Notes under the pieces: model-generated
Databases searched by the model: none
What the model was told of the DNA's origin: nothing
The model's input: only the letters and a program-made list of their open reading frames with translations
Shown: positions 14,381-28,049 of the stretch, piece by piece
Layout of the letters: every line of letters starts with the position of its first letter
Position numbering within the stretch: the stretch's first letter is position 1
Made by a program: the position numbers and the translations under genes
From: Auanema rhodensis
Taxonomy: Eukaryota > Animalia > Nematoda
Direction of reading: 5' to 3'
DNA: 64,000 bases
Assembly: GCA_964057225.1 (NCBI GenBank)
Contig: OZ059896.1
Span: forward strand, 1 to 64,000

Positions 14381-15435
14381 TTTCACGTGAAGCGAGTTAC
14401 ATACCAAGTGCACATCACGTGTACATTTAATTAGCATAAATTAAAGTTCACGTAAATTTCAAAGTCATGGTTACCATGAACCAATATCAATAAAAATTTG
14501 TTTTTAGACTAATATGGACATGGGGAATCTAATTTTGAAAACCGCATCTCTTTATCTTTCACGTGAAGCGAGTTACATACCAAGTGCACATCACGTGTAC
14601 ATTTAATTAGCATTAATTAAAGTTCACGTAAATTTCAAAGTCATGGTTACCATGAACCAATATCAATAAAAATTTGTTTTTAGACTAATATGGACATGGG
14701 GAATCTAATTTTGAAAACCGCATCTCTTTATCTTTCACGTGAAGCGAGTTACATACCAAGTGCACATCACGTGTACATTTAATTAGCATAAATTAAAGTT
14801 CACGTAAATTTCAAAGTCATGGTTACCATGAACCAATATCAATAAAAATTTGTTTTTAGACTAATATGGACATGGGGAATCTAATTTTGAAAACCGCATC
14901 TCTTTATCTTTCACGTGAAGCGAGTTACATACCAAGTGCACATCACGTGTACATTTAATTAGCATAAATTAAAGTTCACGTAAATTTCAAAGTCATGGTT
15001 ACCATGCACCAATATCAATAAAAATTTGTTTTTAGACTAATATGGACATGGGGAATCTAATTTTGAAAACCGCATCTCTTTATCTTTCACGTGAAGCGAG
15101 TTACATACCAAGTGCACATCACGTGTACATTTAATTAGCATAAATTAAAGTTCACGTAAATTTCAAAGTCATGGTTACCATGCACCAATATCAATAAAAA
15201 TTTGTTTTTAGACTAATATGGACATGGGGAATCTAATTTTGAAAACCGCATCTCTTTATCTTTCACGTGAAGCGAGTTACATACCAAGTGCACATCACGT
15301 GTACATTTAATTAGCATAAATTAAAGTTCACGTAAATTTCAAAGTCATGGTTACCATGCACCAATATCAATAAAAATTTGTTTTTAGACTAATATGGACA
15401 TGGGGAATCTAATTTTGAAAACCGCATCTCTTCAT

Positions 15436-18293
15436 CTTTCACGTGAAGCGAGTTACATACCAAGTGAAGCGAGTTACATACCAAGTGCACATCACGTGTA
15501 CATTTAATTAGCATAAATTAAAGTTCACGTAAATTTCAAAGTCATGGTTACCATGCACCAATATCAATAAAAATTTGTTTTTAGACTAATATGGACATGG
15601 GGAATCTAATTTTGAAAACCGCATCTCTTTATCTTTCACGTGAAGCGAGTTACATACCAAGTGCACATCACGTGTACATTTAATTAGCATAAATTAAAGT
15701 TCACGTAAATTTCAAAGTCATGGTTACCATGAACCAATATCAATAAAAATTTGTTTTTAGACTAATATGGACATGGGGAATCTAATTTTGAAAACCGCAT
15801 CTCTTTATCTTTCACGTGAAGCGAGTTACATACCAAGTGCACATCACGTGTACATTTAATTAGCATTAATTAAAGTTCACGTAAATTTCAAAGTCATGGT
15901 TACCATGAACCAATATCAATAAAAATTTGTTTTTAGACTTATATGGACATGGGGAATCTAATTTTGAAAACCGCATCTCTTTATCTTTCACGTGAAGCGA
16001 GTTACATACCAAGTGCACATCAAGTGTACATTTAATTAGCATAAATTAAAGTTCACGTAAATTTCAAAGTCATGGTTACCATGAACCAATATCAATAAAA
16101 ATTTGTTTTTAGACTAATATGGACATGGGGAATCTAATTTTGAAAACCGCATCTCTTTATCTTTCACGTGAAGCGAGTTACATACCAAGTGCACATCACG
16201 TGTACATTTAATTAGCATAAATTAAAGTTCACGTAAATTTCAAAGTCATGGTTACCATGCACCAATATCAATAAAAATTTGTTTTTAGACTAATATGGAC
16301 ATGGGGAATCTAATTTTGAAAACCGCATCTCTTTATCTTTCACGTGAAGCGAGTTACATACCAAGTGCACATCACGTGTACATTTAATTAGCATAAATTA
16401 AAGTTCACGTAAATTTCAAAGTCATGGTTACCATGCACCAATATCAATAAAAATTTGTTTTTAGACTAATATGGACATGGGGAATCTAATTTTGAAAACC
16501 GCATCTCTTTATCTTTCACGTGAAGCGAGTTACATACCAAGTGCACATCACGTGTACATTTAATTAGCATAAATTAAAGTTCACGTAAATTTCAAAGTCA
16601 TGGTTACCATGCACCAATATCAATAAAAATTTGTTTTTAGACTAATATGGACATGGGGAATCTAATTTTGAAAACCGCATCTCTTTATCTTTCACGTGAA
16701 GCGAGTTACATACCAAGTGCACATCACGTGTACATTTAATTAGCATAAATTAAAGTTCACGTAAATTTCAAAGTCATGGTTACCATGCACCAATATCAAT
16801 AAAAATTTGTTTTTAGACTAATATGGACATGGGGAATCTAATTTTGAAAACCGCATCTCTTCATCTTTCACGTGAAGCGAGTTACATACCAAGTGAAGCG
16901 AGTTACATACCAAGTGCACATCACGTGTACATTTAATTAGCATAAATTAAAGTTCACGTAAATTTCAAAGTCATGGTTACCATGCACCAATATCAATAAA
17001 AATTTGTTTTTAGACTAATATGGACATGGGGAATCTAATTTTGAAAACCGCATCTCTTTATCTTTCACGTGAAGCGAGTTACATACCAAGTGCACATCAC
17101 GTGTACATTTAATTAGCATAAATTAAAGTTCACGTAAATTTCAAAGTCATGGTTACCATGAACCAATATCAATAAAAATTTGTTTTTAGACTAATATGGA
17201 CATGGGGAATCTAATTTTGAAAACCGCATCTCTTTATCTTTCACGTGAAGCGAGTTACATACCAAGTGCACATCACGTGTACATTTAATTAGCATTAATT
17301 AAAGTTCACGTAAATTTCAAAGTCATGGTTACCATGAACCAATATCAATAAAAATTTGTTTTTAGACTTATATGGACATGGGGAATCTAATTTTGAAAAC
17401 CGCATCTCTTTATCTTTCACGTGAAGCGAGTTACATACCAAGTGCACATCAAGTGTACATTTAATTAGCATAAATTAAAGTTCACGTAAATTTCAAAGTC
17501 ATGGTTACCATGAACCAATATCAATAAAAATTTGTTTTTAGACTAATATGGACATGGGGAATCTAATTTTGAAAACCGCATCTCTTTATCTTTCACGTGA
17601 AGCGAGTTACATACCAAGTGCACATCACGTGTACATTTAATTAGCATAAATTAAAGTTCACGTAAATTTCAAAGTCATGGTTACCATGCACCAATATCAA
17701 TAAAAATTTGTTTTTAGACTAATATGGACATGGGGAATCTAATTTTGAAAACCGCATCTCTTTATCTTTCACGTGAAGCGAGTTACATACCAAGTGCACA
17801 TCACGTGTACATTTAATTAGCATAAATTAAAGTTCACGTAAATTTCAAAGTCATGGTTACCATGCACCAATATCAATAAAAATTTGTTTTTAGACTAATA
17901 TGGACATGGGGAATCTAATTTTGAAAACCGCATCTCTTTATCTTTCACGTGAAGCGAGTTACATACCAAGTGCACATCACGTGTACATTTAATTAGCATA
18001 AATTAAAGTTCACGTAAATTTCAAAGTCATGGTTACCATGCACCAATATCAATAAAAATTTGTTTTTAGACTAATATGGACATGGGGAATCTAATTTTGA
18101 AAACCGCATCTCTTTATCTTTCACGTGAAGCGAGTTACATACCAAGTGCACATCACGTGTACATTTAATTAGCATAAATTAAAGTTCACGTAAATTTCAA
18201 AGTCATGGTTACCATGCACCAATATCAATAAAAATTTGTTTTTAGACTAATATGGACATGGGGAATCTAATTTTGAAAACCGCATCTCTTCAT
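15436..18293 (+). repeat. 8-monomer (1429-bp) higher-order repeat, two adjacent copies; related units at 1-1428 and 14183-15435 (7-mer)
   Basis: 197-mers at 15436, 16865 and 18294; markers GACTTAT 15940/17369 and CATCAAGTGT 16022/17451. Confidence 0.9.
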
Positions 18294-21200
18294 CTTTCAC
18301 GTGAAGCGAGTTACATACCAAGTGAAGCGAGTTACATACCAAGTGCACATCACGTGTACATTTAATTAGCATAAATTAAAGTTCACGTAAATTTCAAAGT
18401 CATGGTTACCATGCACCAATATCAATAAAAATTTGTTTTTAGACTAATATGGACATGGGGAATCTAATTTTGAAAACCGCATCTCTTTATCTTTCACGTG
18501 AAGCGAGTTACATACCAAGTGCACATCACGTGTACATTTAATTAGCATAAATTAAAGTTCACGTAAATTTCAAAGTCATGGTTACCATGAACCAATATCA
18601 ATAAAAATTTGTTTTTAGACTAATATGGACATGGGGAATCTAATTTTGAAAACCGCATCTCTTTATCTTTCACGTGAAGCGAGTTACATACCAAGTGCAC
18701 ATCACGTGTACATTTAATTAGCATTAATTAAAGTTCACGTAAATTTCAAAGTCATGGTTACCATGAACCAATATCAATAAAAATTTGTTTTTAGACTAAT
18801 ATGGACATGGGGAATCTAATTTTGAAAACCGCATCTCTTTATCTTTCACGTGAAGCGAGTTACATACCAAGTGCACATCACGTGTACATTTAATTAGCAT
18901 AAATTAAAGTTCACGTAAATTTCAAAGTCATGGTTACCATGAACCAATATCAATAAAAATTTGTTTTTAGACTAATATGGACATGGGGAATCTAATTTTG
19001 AAAACCGCATCTCTTTATCTTTCACGTGAAGCGAGTTACATACCAAGTGCACATCACGTGTACATTTAATTAGCATAAATTAAAGTTCACGTAAATTTCA
19101 AAGTCATGGTTACCATGCACCAATATCAATAAAAATTTGTTTTTAGACTAATATGGACATGGGGAATCTAATTTTGAAAACCGCATCTCTTTATCTTTCA
19201 CGTGAAGCGAGTTACATACTAAGTGCACATCACGTGTACATTTAATTAGCATAAATTAAAGTTCACGTAAATTTCAAAGTCATGGTTACCATGAACCAAT
19301 ATCAATAAAAATTTGTTTTTAGACTAATATGGACATGGGGAATCTAATATTGAAAACCGCATCTCTTTATCTTTCACGTGAAGCGAGTTACATACCAAGT
19401 GCACATCACGTGTACATTTAATTAGCATAAATTAAAGTTCACGTAAATTTCAAAGTCATGGTTACCATGAACCAATATCAATAAAAATTTGTTTTTAGAC
19501 TAATATGGACATGGGGAATCTAATATTGAAAACCGCATCTCTTTATCTTTCACGTGAAGCGAGTTACATACCAAGTGCACATCACGTGTACATTTAATTA
19601 GCATAAATTAAAGTTCACGTAACTTTCAAAGTCATGGTTACCATGCACCAATATCAATAAAAATTTGTTTTTAGACTAATATGGACATGGGGAATCTAAT
19701 TTTGAAAACCGCATCTCTTTATCTTTCACGTGAAGCGAGTTACATACCAAGTGCACATCACGTGTACATTTAATTAGCATAAATTAAAGTTCACGTAAAT
19801 TTCAAAGTCATGGTTACCATGCACCAATATCAATAAAAATTTGTTTTTAGACTAATATGGACATGGGGAATCTAATTTTGAAAACCGCATCTCTTTATCT
19901 TTCACGTGAAGCGAGTTACATACCAAGTGCACATCACGTGTACATTTAATTAGCATAAATTAAAGTTCACGTAAATTTCAAAGTCATGGTTACCATGAAC
20001 CAATATCAATAAAAATTTGTTTTTAGACTAATATGGACATGGGGAATCTAATTTTGAAAACCGCATCTCTTTATCTTTCACGTGAAGCGAGTTACATACC
20101 AAGTGCACATCACGTGTACATTTAATTAGCATAAATTAAAGTTCACGTAAATTTCAAAGTCATGGTTACCATGCACCAATATCAATAAAAATTTGTTTTT
20201 AGACTAATATGGACATGGGGAATCTAATTTTGAAAACCGCATCTCTTTATCTTTCACGTGAAGCGAGTTACATACCAAGTGCACATCACGTGTACATTTA
20301 ATTAGCATAAATTAAAGTTCACGTAAATTTCAAAGTCATGGTTACCATGCACCAATATCAATAAAAATTTGTTTTTAGACTAATATGGACATGGGGAATC
20401 TAATTTTGAAAACCGCATCTCTTTATCTTACACGTGAAGCGAGTTACATACCAAGTGCACATCACGTGTACATTTAATTAGCATAAATTAAAGTTCACGT
20501 AAATTTCAAAGTCATGGTTACCATGCACCAATATCAATAAAAATTTGTTTTTAGACTAATATGGACATGGGGAATCTAATTTTGAAAACCGCATCTCTTT
20601 ATCTTTCACGTGAAGCGAGTTACATACCAAGTGCACATCACGTGTACATTTAATTAGCATAAATTAAAGTTCACGTAAATTTCAAAGTCATGGTTACCAT
20701 GCACCAATATCAATAAAAATTTGTTTTTAGACTAATATGGACATGGGGAATCTAATTTTGAAAACCGCATCTCTTCATCTTTCACGTGAAGCGAGTTACA
20801 TACCAAGTGAAGCGAGTTACATACCAAGTGCACATCACGTGTACATTTAATTAGCATAAATTAAAGTTCACGTAAATTTCAAAGTCATGGTTACCATGCA
20901 CCAATATCAATAAAAATTTGTTTTTAGACTAATATGGACATGGGGAATCTAATTTTGAAAACCGCATCTCTTTATCTTTCACGTGAAGCGAGTTACATAC
21001 CAAGTGCACATCACGTGTACATTTAATTAGCATAAATTAAAGTTCACGTAAATTTCAAAGTCATGGTTACCATGAACCAATATCAATAAAAATTTGTTTT
21101 TAGACTAATATGGACATGGGGAATCTAATTTTGAAAACCGCATCTCTTTATCTTTCACGTGAAGCGAGTTACATACCAAGTGCACATCACGTGTACATTT

Positions 21201-24200
21201 AATTAGCATAAATTAAAGTTCACGTAAATTTCAAAGTCATGGTTACCATGCACCAATATCAATAAAAATTTGTTTTTAGACTAATATGGACATGGGGAAT
21301 CTAATTTTGAAAACCGCATCTCTTTATCTTTCACGTGAAGCGAGTTACATACCAAGTGCACATCACGTGTACATTTAATTAGCATAAATTAAAGTTCACG
21401 TAAATTTCAAAGTCATGGTTACCATGCACCAATATCAATAAAAATTTGTTTTTAGACTAATATGGACATGGGGAATCTAATTTTGAGAACCGCATCTCTT
21501 CATCTTTCACGTGAAGCGAGTTACATACCAAGTGAAGCGAGTTACATACCAAGTGCACATCACGTGTACATTTAATTAGCATAAATTAAAGTTCACGTAA
21601 ATTTCAAAGTCATGGTTACCATGAACCAATATCAATAAAAATTTGTTTTTAGACTAATATGGACATGGGGAATCTAATTTTGAAAACCGCATCTCTTTAT
21701 CTTTCACGTGAAGCGAGTTACATACCAAGTGCACATCACGTGTACATTTAATTAGCATAAATTAAAGTTCACGTAACTTTCAAAGTCATGGTTACCATGC
21801 ACCAATATCAATAAAAATTTGTTTTTAGACTAATATGGACATGGGGAATCTAATTTTGAAAACCGCATCTCTTTATCATTCACGTGAAGCGAGTTACATA
21901 CCAAGTGCACATCACGTGTACATTTAATTAGCATAAATTAAAGTTCACGTAAATTTCAAAGTCATGGTTACCATGCACCAATATCAATAAAAATTTGTTT
22001 TTAGACTAATATGGACATGGGGAATCTAATTTTGAAAACCGCATCTCTTTATCTTTCACGTGAAGCGAGTTACATACCAAGTGCACATCACGTGTACATT
22101 TAATTAGCATAAATTAAAGTTCACGTAAATTTGAAAGTCATGGTTACCATGCACCAATGTCAATAAAAATTTGTTTTTAGACTAATATGGACATGGGGAA
22201 TCTAATTTTGCAAACCGCATCTCTTCATCTTTCACGTGAAGCGAGTTACATACCAAGTGCACATCACGTGTACATTTAATTAGCATAAATTAAAGTTCAC
22301 GTAAATTTCAAAGTCATGGTTACCATGCACCAATATCAATAAAAATTTGTTTTTAGACTAATATGGACATGGGGAATCTAATTTTGAAAACCGCATCTCT
22401 TTATCTTTCACGTGAAGCGAGTTACATACCAAGTGCACATCACGTGCACATTTAATTAGCATAAATTAAAGTTCACGTAAATTTCAAAGTCATGGTTACC
22501 ATGAACCAATATCAATAAAAATTTGTTTTTAGACTAATATGGACATGGGGAATCTAATTTTGAAAACCGCATCTCTTTATCTTTCACGTGAAGAGAGTTA
22601 CATACCAAGTGCACATCACGTGTACATTTAATTAGCATAAATTAAAGTTCACGTAAATTTCAAAGTCATGGTTACCATGCACCAATATCAATAAAAATTT
22701 GTTTTTAGACTAATATGGACATGGGGAATCTAATTTTGAAAACCGCATCTCTTTATCTTTCACGTGAAGCGAGTTACATACCAAGTGCACATCACGTGTA
22801 CATTTAATTAGCATAAATTAAAGTTCACGTAAATTTCAAAGTCATGGTTACCATGAACCAATATCAATAAAAATTTGTTTTTAGACTAATATGGACATGG
22901 GGAATCTAATTTTGAAAACCGCATCTCTTTATCTTTCACGTGAAGCGAGTTACATACCAAGTGCACATCACGTGCACATTTAATTAGCATAAATTAAAGT
23001 TCACGTAAATTTCAAAGTCATGGTTACCATGAACCAATATCAATAAAAATTTGTTTTTAGACTAATATGGACATGGGGAATCTAATTTTGAAAACCGCAT
23101 CTCTTTATCTTTCACGTGAAGAGAGTTACATACCAAGTGCACATCACGTGTACATTTAATTAGCATAAATTAAAGTTCACGTAAATTTCAAAGTCATGGT
23201 TACCATGCACCAATATCAATAAAAATTTGTTTTTAGACTAATATGGACATGGGGAATCTAATTTTGAAAACCACATCTCTTTATCTTTCACGTGAAGCGA
23301 GTTACATACCAAGTGCACATCACGTGTACATTTAATTAGCATAAATTAAAGTTCACGTAAATTTCAAAGTCATGGTTACCATGAACCAATATCAATAAAA
23401 ATTTGTTTTTAGACTAATATGGACATGGGGAATCTAATTTTGAAAACCGCATCTCTTTATCTTTCACGTGAAGCGAGTTACATACCAAGTGCACATCACG
23501 TGTACATTTAATTAGCATAAATTAAAGTTCACGTAAATTTCAAAGTCATGGTTACCATGCACCAATATCAATAAAAATTTGTTTTTAGACTAATATGGAC
23601 ATGGGGAATCTAATTTTGAAAACCGCATCTCTTTATCTTTCACGTGAAGCGAGTTACATACCAAGTGCACATCACGTGTACATTTAATTAGCATAAATTA
23701 AAGTTCACGTAAATTTCAAAGTCATGGTTACCATGCACCAATATCAATAAAAATTTGTTTTTAGACTAATATGGACATGGGGAATCTAATTTTGAGAACC
23801 GCATCTCTTCATCTTTCACGTGAAGCGAGTTACATACCAAGTGAAGCGAGTTACATACCAAGTGCACATCACGTGTACATTTAATTAGCATAAATTAAAG
23901 TTCACGTAAATTTCAAAGTCATGGTTACCATGAACCAATATCAATAAAAATTTGTTTTTAGACTAATATGGACATGGGGAATCTAATTTTGAAAACCGCA
24001 TCTCTTTATCTTTCACGTGAAGCGAGTTACATACCAAGTGCACATCACGTGTACATTTAATTAGCATAAATTAAAGTTCACGTAACTTTCAAAGTCATGG
24101 TTACCATGCACCAATATCAATAAAAATTTGTTTTTAGACTAATATGGACATGGGGAATCTAATTTTGAAAACCGCATCTCTTTATCATTCACGTGAAGCG

Positions 24201-27200
24201 AGTTACATACCAAGTGCACATCACGTGTACATTTAATTAGCATAAATTAAAGTTCACGTAAATTTCAAAGTCATGGTTACCATGCACCAATATCAATAAA
24301 AATTTGTTTTTAGACTAATATGGACATGGGGAATCTAATTTTGAAAACCGCATCTCTTTATCTTTCACGTGAAGCGAGTTACATACCAAGTGCACATCAC
24401 GTGTACATTTAATTAGCATAAATTAAAGTTCACGTAAATTTGAAAGTCATGGTTACCATGCACCAATGTCAATAAAAATTTGTTTTTAGACTAATATGGA
24501 CATGGGGAATCTAATTTTGCAAACCGCATCTCTTCATCTTTCACGTGAAGCGAGTTACATACCAAGTGCACATCACGTGTACATTTAATTAGCATAAATT
24601 AAAGTTCACGTAAATTTCAAAGTCATGGTTACCATGCACCAATATCAATAAAAATTTGTTTTTAGACTAATATGGACATGGGGAATCTAATTTTGAAAAC
24701 CGCATCTCTTTATCTTTCACGTGAAGCGAGTTACATACCAAGTGCACATCACGTGCACATTTAATTAGCATAAATTAAAGTTCACGTAAATTTCAAAGTC
24801 ATGGTTACCATGAACCAATATCAATAAAAATTTGTTTTTAGACTAATATGGACATGGGGAATCTAATTTTGAAAACCGCATCTCTTTATCTTTCACGTGA
24901 AGAGAGTTACATACCAAGTGCACATCACGTGTACATTTAATTAGCATAAATTAAAGTTCACGTAAATTTCAAAGTCATGGTTACCATGCACCAATATCAA
25001 TAAAAATTTGTTTTTAGACTAATATGGACATGGGGAATCTAATTTTGAAAACCACATCTCTTTATCTTTCACGTGAAGCGAGTTACATACCAAGTGCACA
25101 TCACGTGTACATTTAATTAGCATAAATTAAAGTTCACGTAAATTTCAAAGTCATGGTTACCATGCACCAATATCAATAAAAATTTGTTTTTAGACTAATA
25201 TGGACATGGGGAATCTAATTTTGAAAACCACATCTCTTTATCTTTCACGTGAAGCGAGTTACATACCAAGTGCACATCACGTGTACATTTAATTAGCATA
25301 AATTAAAGTTCACGTAAATTTCAAAGTCATGGTTACCATGCACCAATATCAATAAAAATTTGTTTTTAGACTAATATGGACATGGGGAATCTAATTTTGA
25401 AAACCGCATCTCTTTATCTTTCACGTGAAGCGAGTTACATACCAAGTGCACATCACGTGTACATTTAATTAGCATAAATTAAAGTTCACGTAAATTTCAA
25501 AGTCATGGTTACCATGCACCAATATCAATAAAAATTTGTTTTTAGACTAATATGGACATGGGGAATCTAATTTTGAAAACCGCATCTCTTTATCTTTCAC
25601 GTGAAGTGAGTTACATACCAAGTGCACATCACGTGTACATTTAATTAGCATTAATTAAAGTTCACGTAAATTTCAAAGTCATGGTTACCATGAACCAATA
25701 TCAATAAAAATTTGTTTTTAGACTAATATGGACATGGGGAATCTAATTTTAAAAACCGCATCTCTTTATCTTTCACGTGAAGCGAGTTACATACCAAGTG
25801 CACATCACGTGTACATTTAATTAGCATAAATTAAAGTTCACGTAACTTTCAAAGTCATGGTTACCATGCACCAATATCAATAAAAATTTGTTTTTAGACT
25901 AATATGGACATGGGGAATCTAATTTTGAAAACCGCATCTCTTTATCTTTCACGTGAAGCGAGTTACATACCAAGTGCACATCACGTGTACATTTAATTAG
26001 CATAAATTAAAGTTCACGTAAATTTCAAAGTCATGGTTACCATGCACCAATATCAATAAAAATTTGTTTTTAGACTAATATGGACATGGGGAATCTAATT
26101 TTGAAAACCGCATCTCTTTATCTTTCACGTGAAGCGAGTTACATACCAAGTGCACATCACGTGTACATTTAATTAGCATAAATTAAAGTTCACGTAAATT
26201 TCAAAGTCATGGTTACCATGCACCAATGTCAATAAAAATTTGTTTTTAGACTAATATGGACATGGGGAATCTAATTTTGCAAACCGCATCTCTTCATCTT
26301 TCACGTGAAGCGAGTTACATACCAAGTGCACATCACGTGTACATTCAATTAGCATAAATTAAAGTTCACGTAAATTTCAAAGTCATGGTTACCATGCACC
26401 AATATCAATAAAAATTTGTTTTTAGACTAATATGGACATGAGGAATCTAATTTTGAAAACCGCATCTCTTTATCTTTCACGTGAAGCGAGTTACATACCA
26501 AGTGCACATCACGTGTACATTTAATTAGCATAAATTAAAGTTCACGTAAATTTCAAAGTCATGGTTACCATGCACCAATATCAATAAAAATTTGTTTTTA
26601 GACTAATATGGACATGGGGAATCTAATTTTGAAAACCGCATCTCTTTATCTTTCACGTGAAGCGAGTTACATACCAAGTGCACATCACGTGTACATTTAA
26701 TTAGCATAAATTAAAGTTCACGTAAATTTCAAAGTCATGGTTACCATGCACCAATGTCAATAAAAATTTGTTTTTAGACTAATATGGACATGGGGAATCT
26801 AATTTTGCAAACCGCATCTCTTCATCTTTCACGTGAAGCGAGTTACATACCAAGTGCACATCACGTGTACATTCAATTAGCATAAATTAAAGTTCACGTA
26901 AATTTCAAAGTCATGGTTACCATGCACCAATATCAATAAAAATTTGTTTTTAGACTAATATGGACATGAGGAATCTAATTTTGAAAACCGCATCTCTTTA
27001 TCTTTCACGTGAAGCGAGTTACATACCAAGTGCACATCACGTGTACATTTAATTAGCATAAATTAAAGTTCACGTAAATTTCAAAGTCATGGTTACCATG
27101 CACCAATATCAATAAAAATTTGTTTTTAGACTAATATGGACATGGGGAATCTAATTTTGAAAACCGCATCTCTTTATCTTTCACGTGAAGCGAGTTACAT

Positions 27201-28049
27201 ACCAAGTGCACATCACGTGTACATTTAATTAGCATAAATTAAAGTTCACGTAAATTTCAAAGTCATGGTTACCATGCACCAATATCAATAAAAATTTGTT
27301 TTTAGACTAATATGGACATGGGGAATCTAATTTTGAAAACCGCATCTCTTTATCTTTCACGTGAAGCGAGTTACATACCAAGTGCACATCACGTGTACAT
27401 TTAATTAGCATTAATTAAAGTTCACGTAAATTCCAAAGTCATGGTTACCATGAACCAATATCAATAAAAATTTGTTTTTAGACTAATATGGACATGGGAA
27501 ATCTAATTTTGAAAACCGCATCTCTTTATCTTTCACGTGAAGCGAGTTACATACCAAGTGCACATCACGTGTACATTTAATTAACATAAATTAAAGTTCA
27601 CGTAAATTTCAAAGTCATGGTTACCATGAACCAATATCAATAAAAATTTGTTTTTAGACTAATATGGACATGGGGAATCTAATTTTGAAAACCGCATCTC
27701 TTTATCTTTCACGTGAAGCGAGTTACATACCAAGTGCACATCACGTGTACATTTAATTAGCATAAATTAAAGTTCACGTAAATTTCAAAGTCATGGTTAC
27801 CATGCACCAATATCAATAAAAATTTGTTTTTAGACTAATATGGACATGGGGAATCTAATTTTGAAAACCGCATCTCTTCATCTTTCACGTGAAGCGAGTT
27901 ACATACCAAGTGCACATCACGTGTACATTTAATTAGCATAAATTAAAGTTCACGTAAATTTCAAAGTCATGGTTACCATGCACCAATATCAATAAAAATT
28001 TGTTTTTAGACTAATATGGACATGGGGAATCTAATTTTGAAAACCGCAT

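Larger units (their letters stand above)
1..24009 (+). repeat. Twelve 197-bp variant monomers with a 21-bp internal tandem duplication (GTGAAGCGAGTTACATACCAA x2)
   Basis: Variant monomers start at 1, 1429, 3914, 4639, 12227, 14183, 15436, 16865, 18294, 20779, 21504 and 23813; none occur after 24009. Confidence 0.95.
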
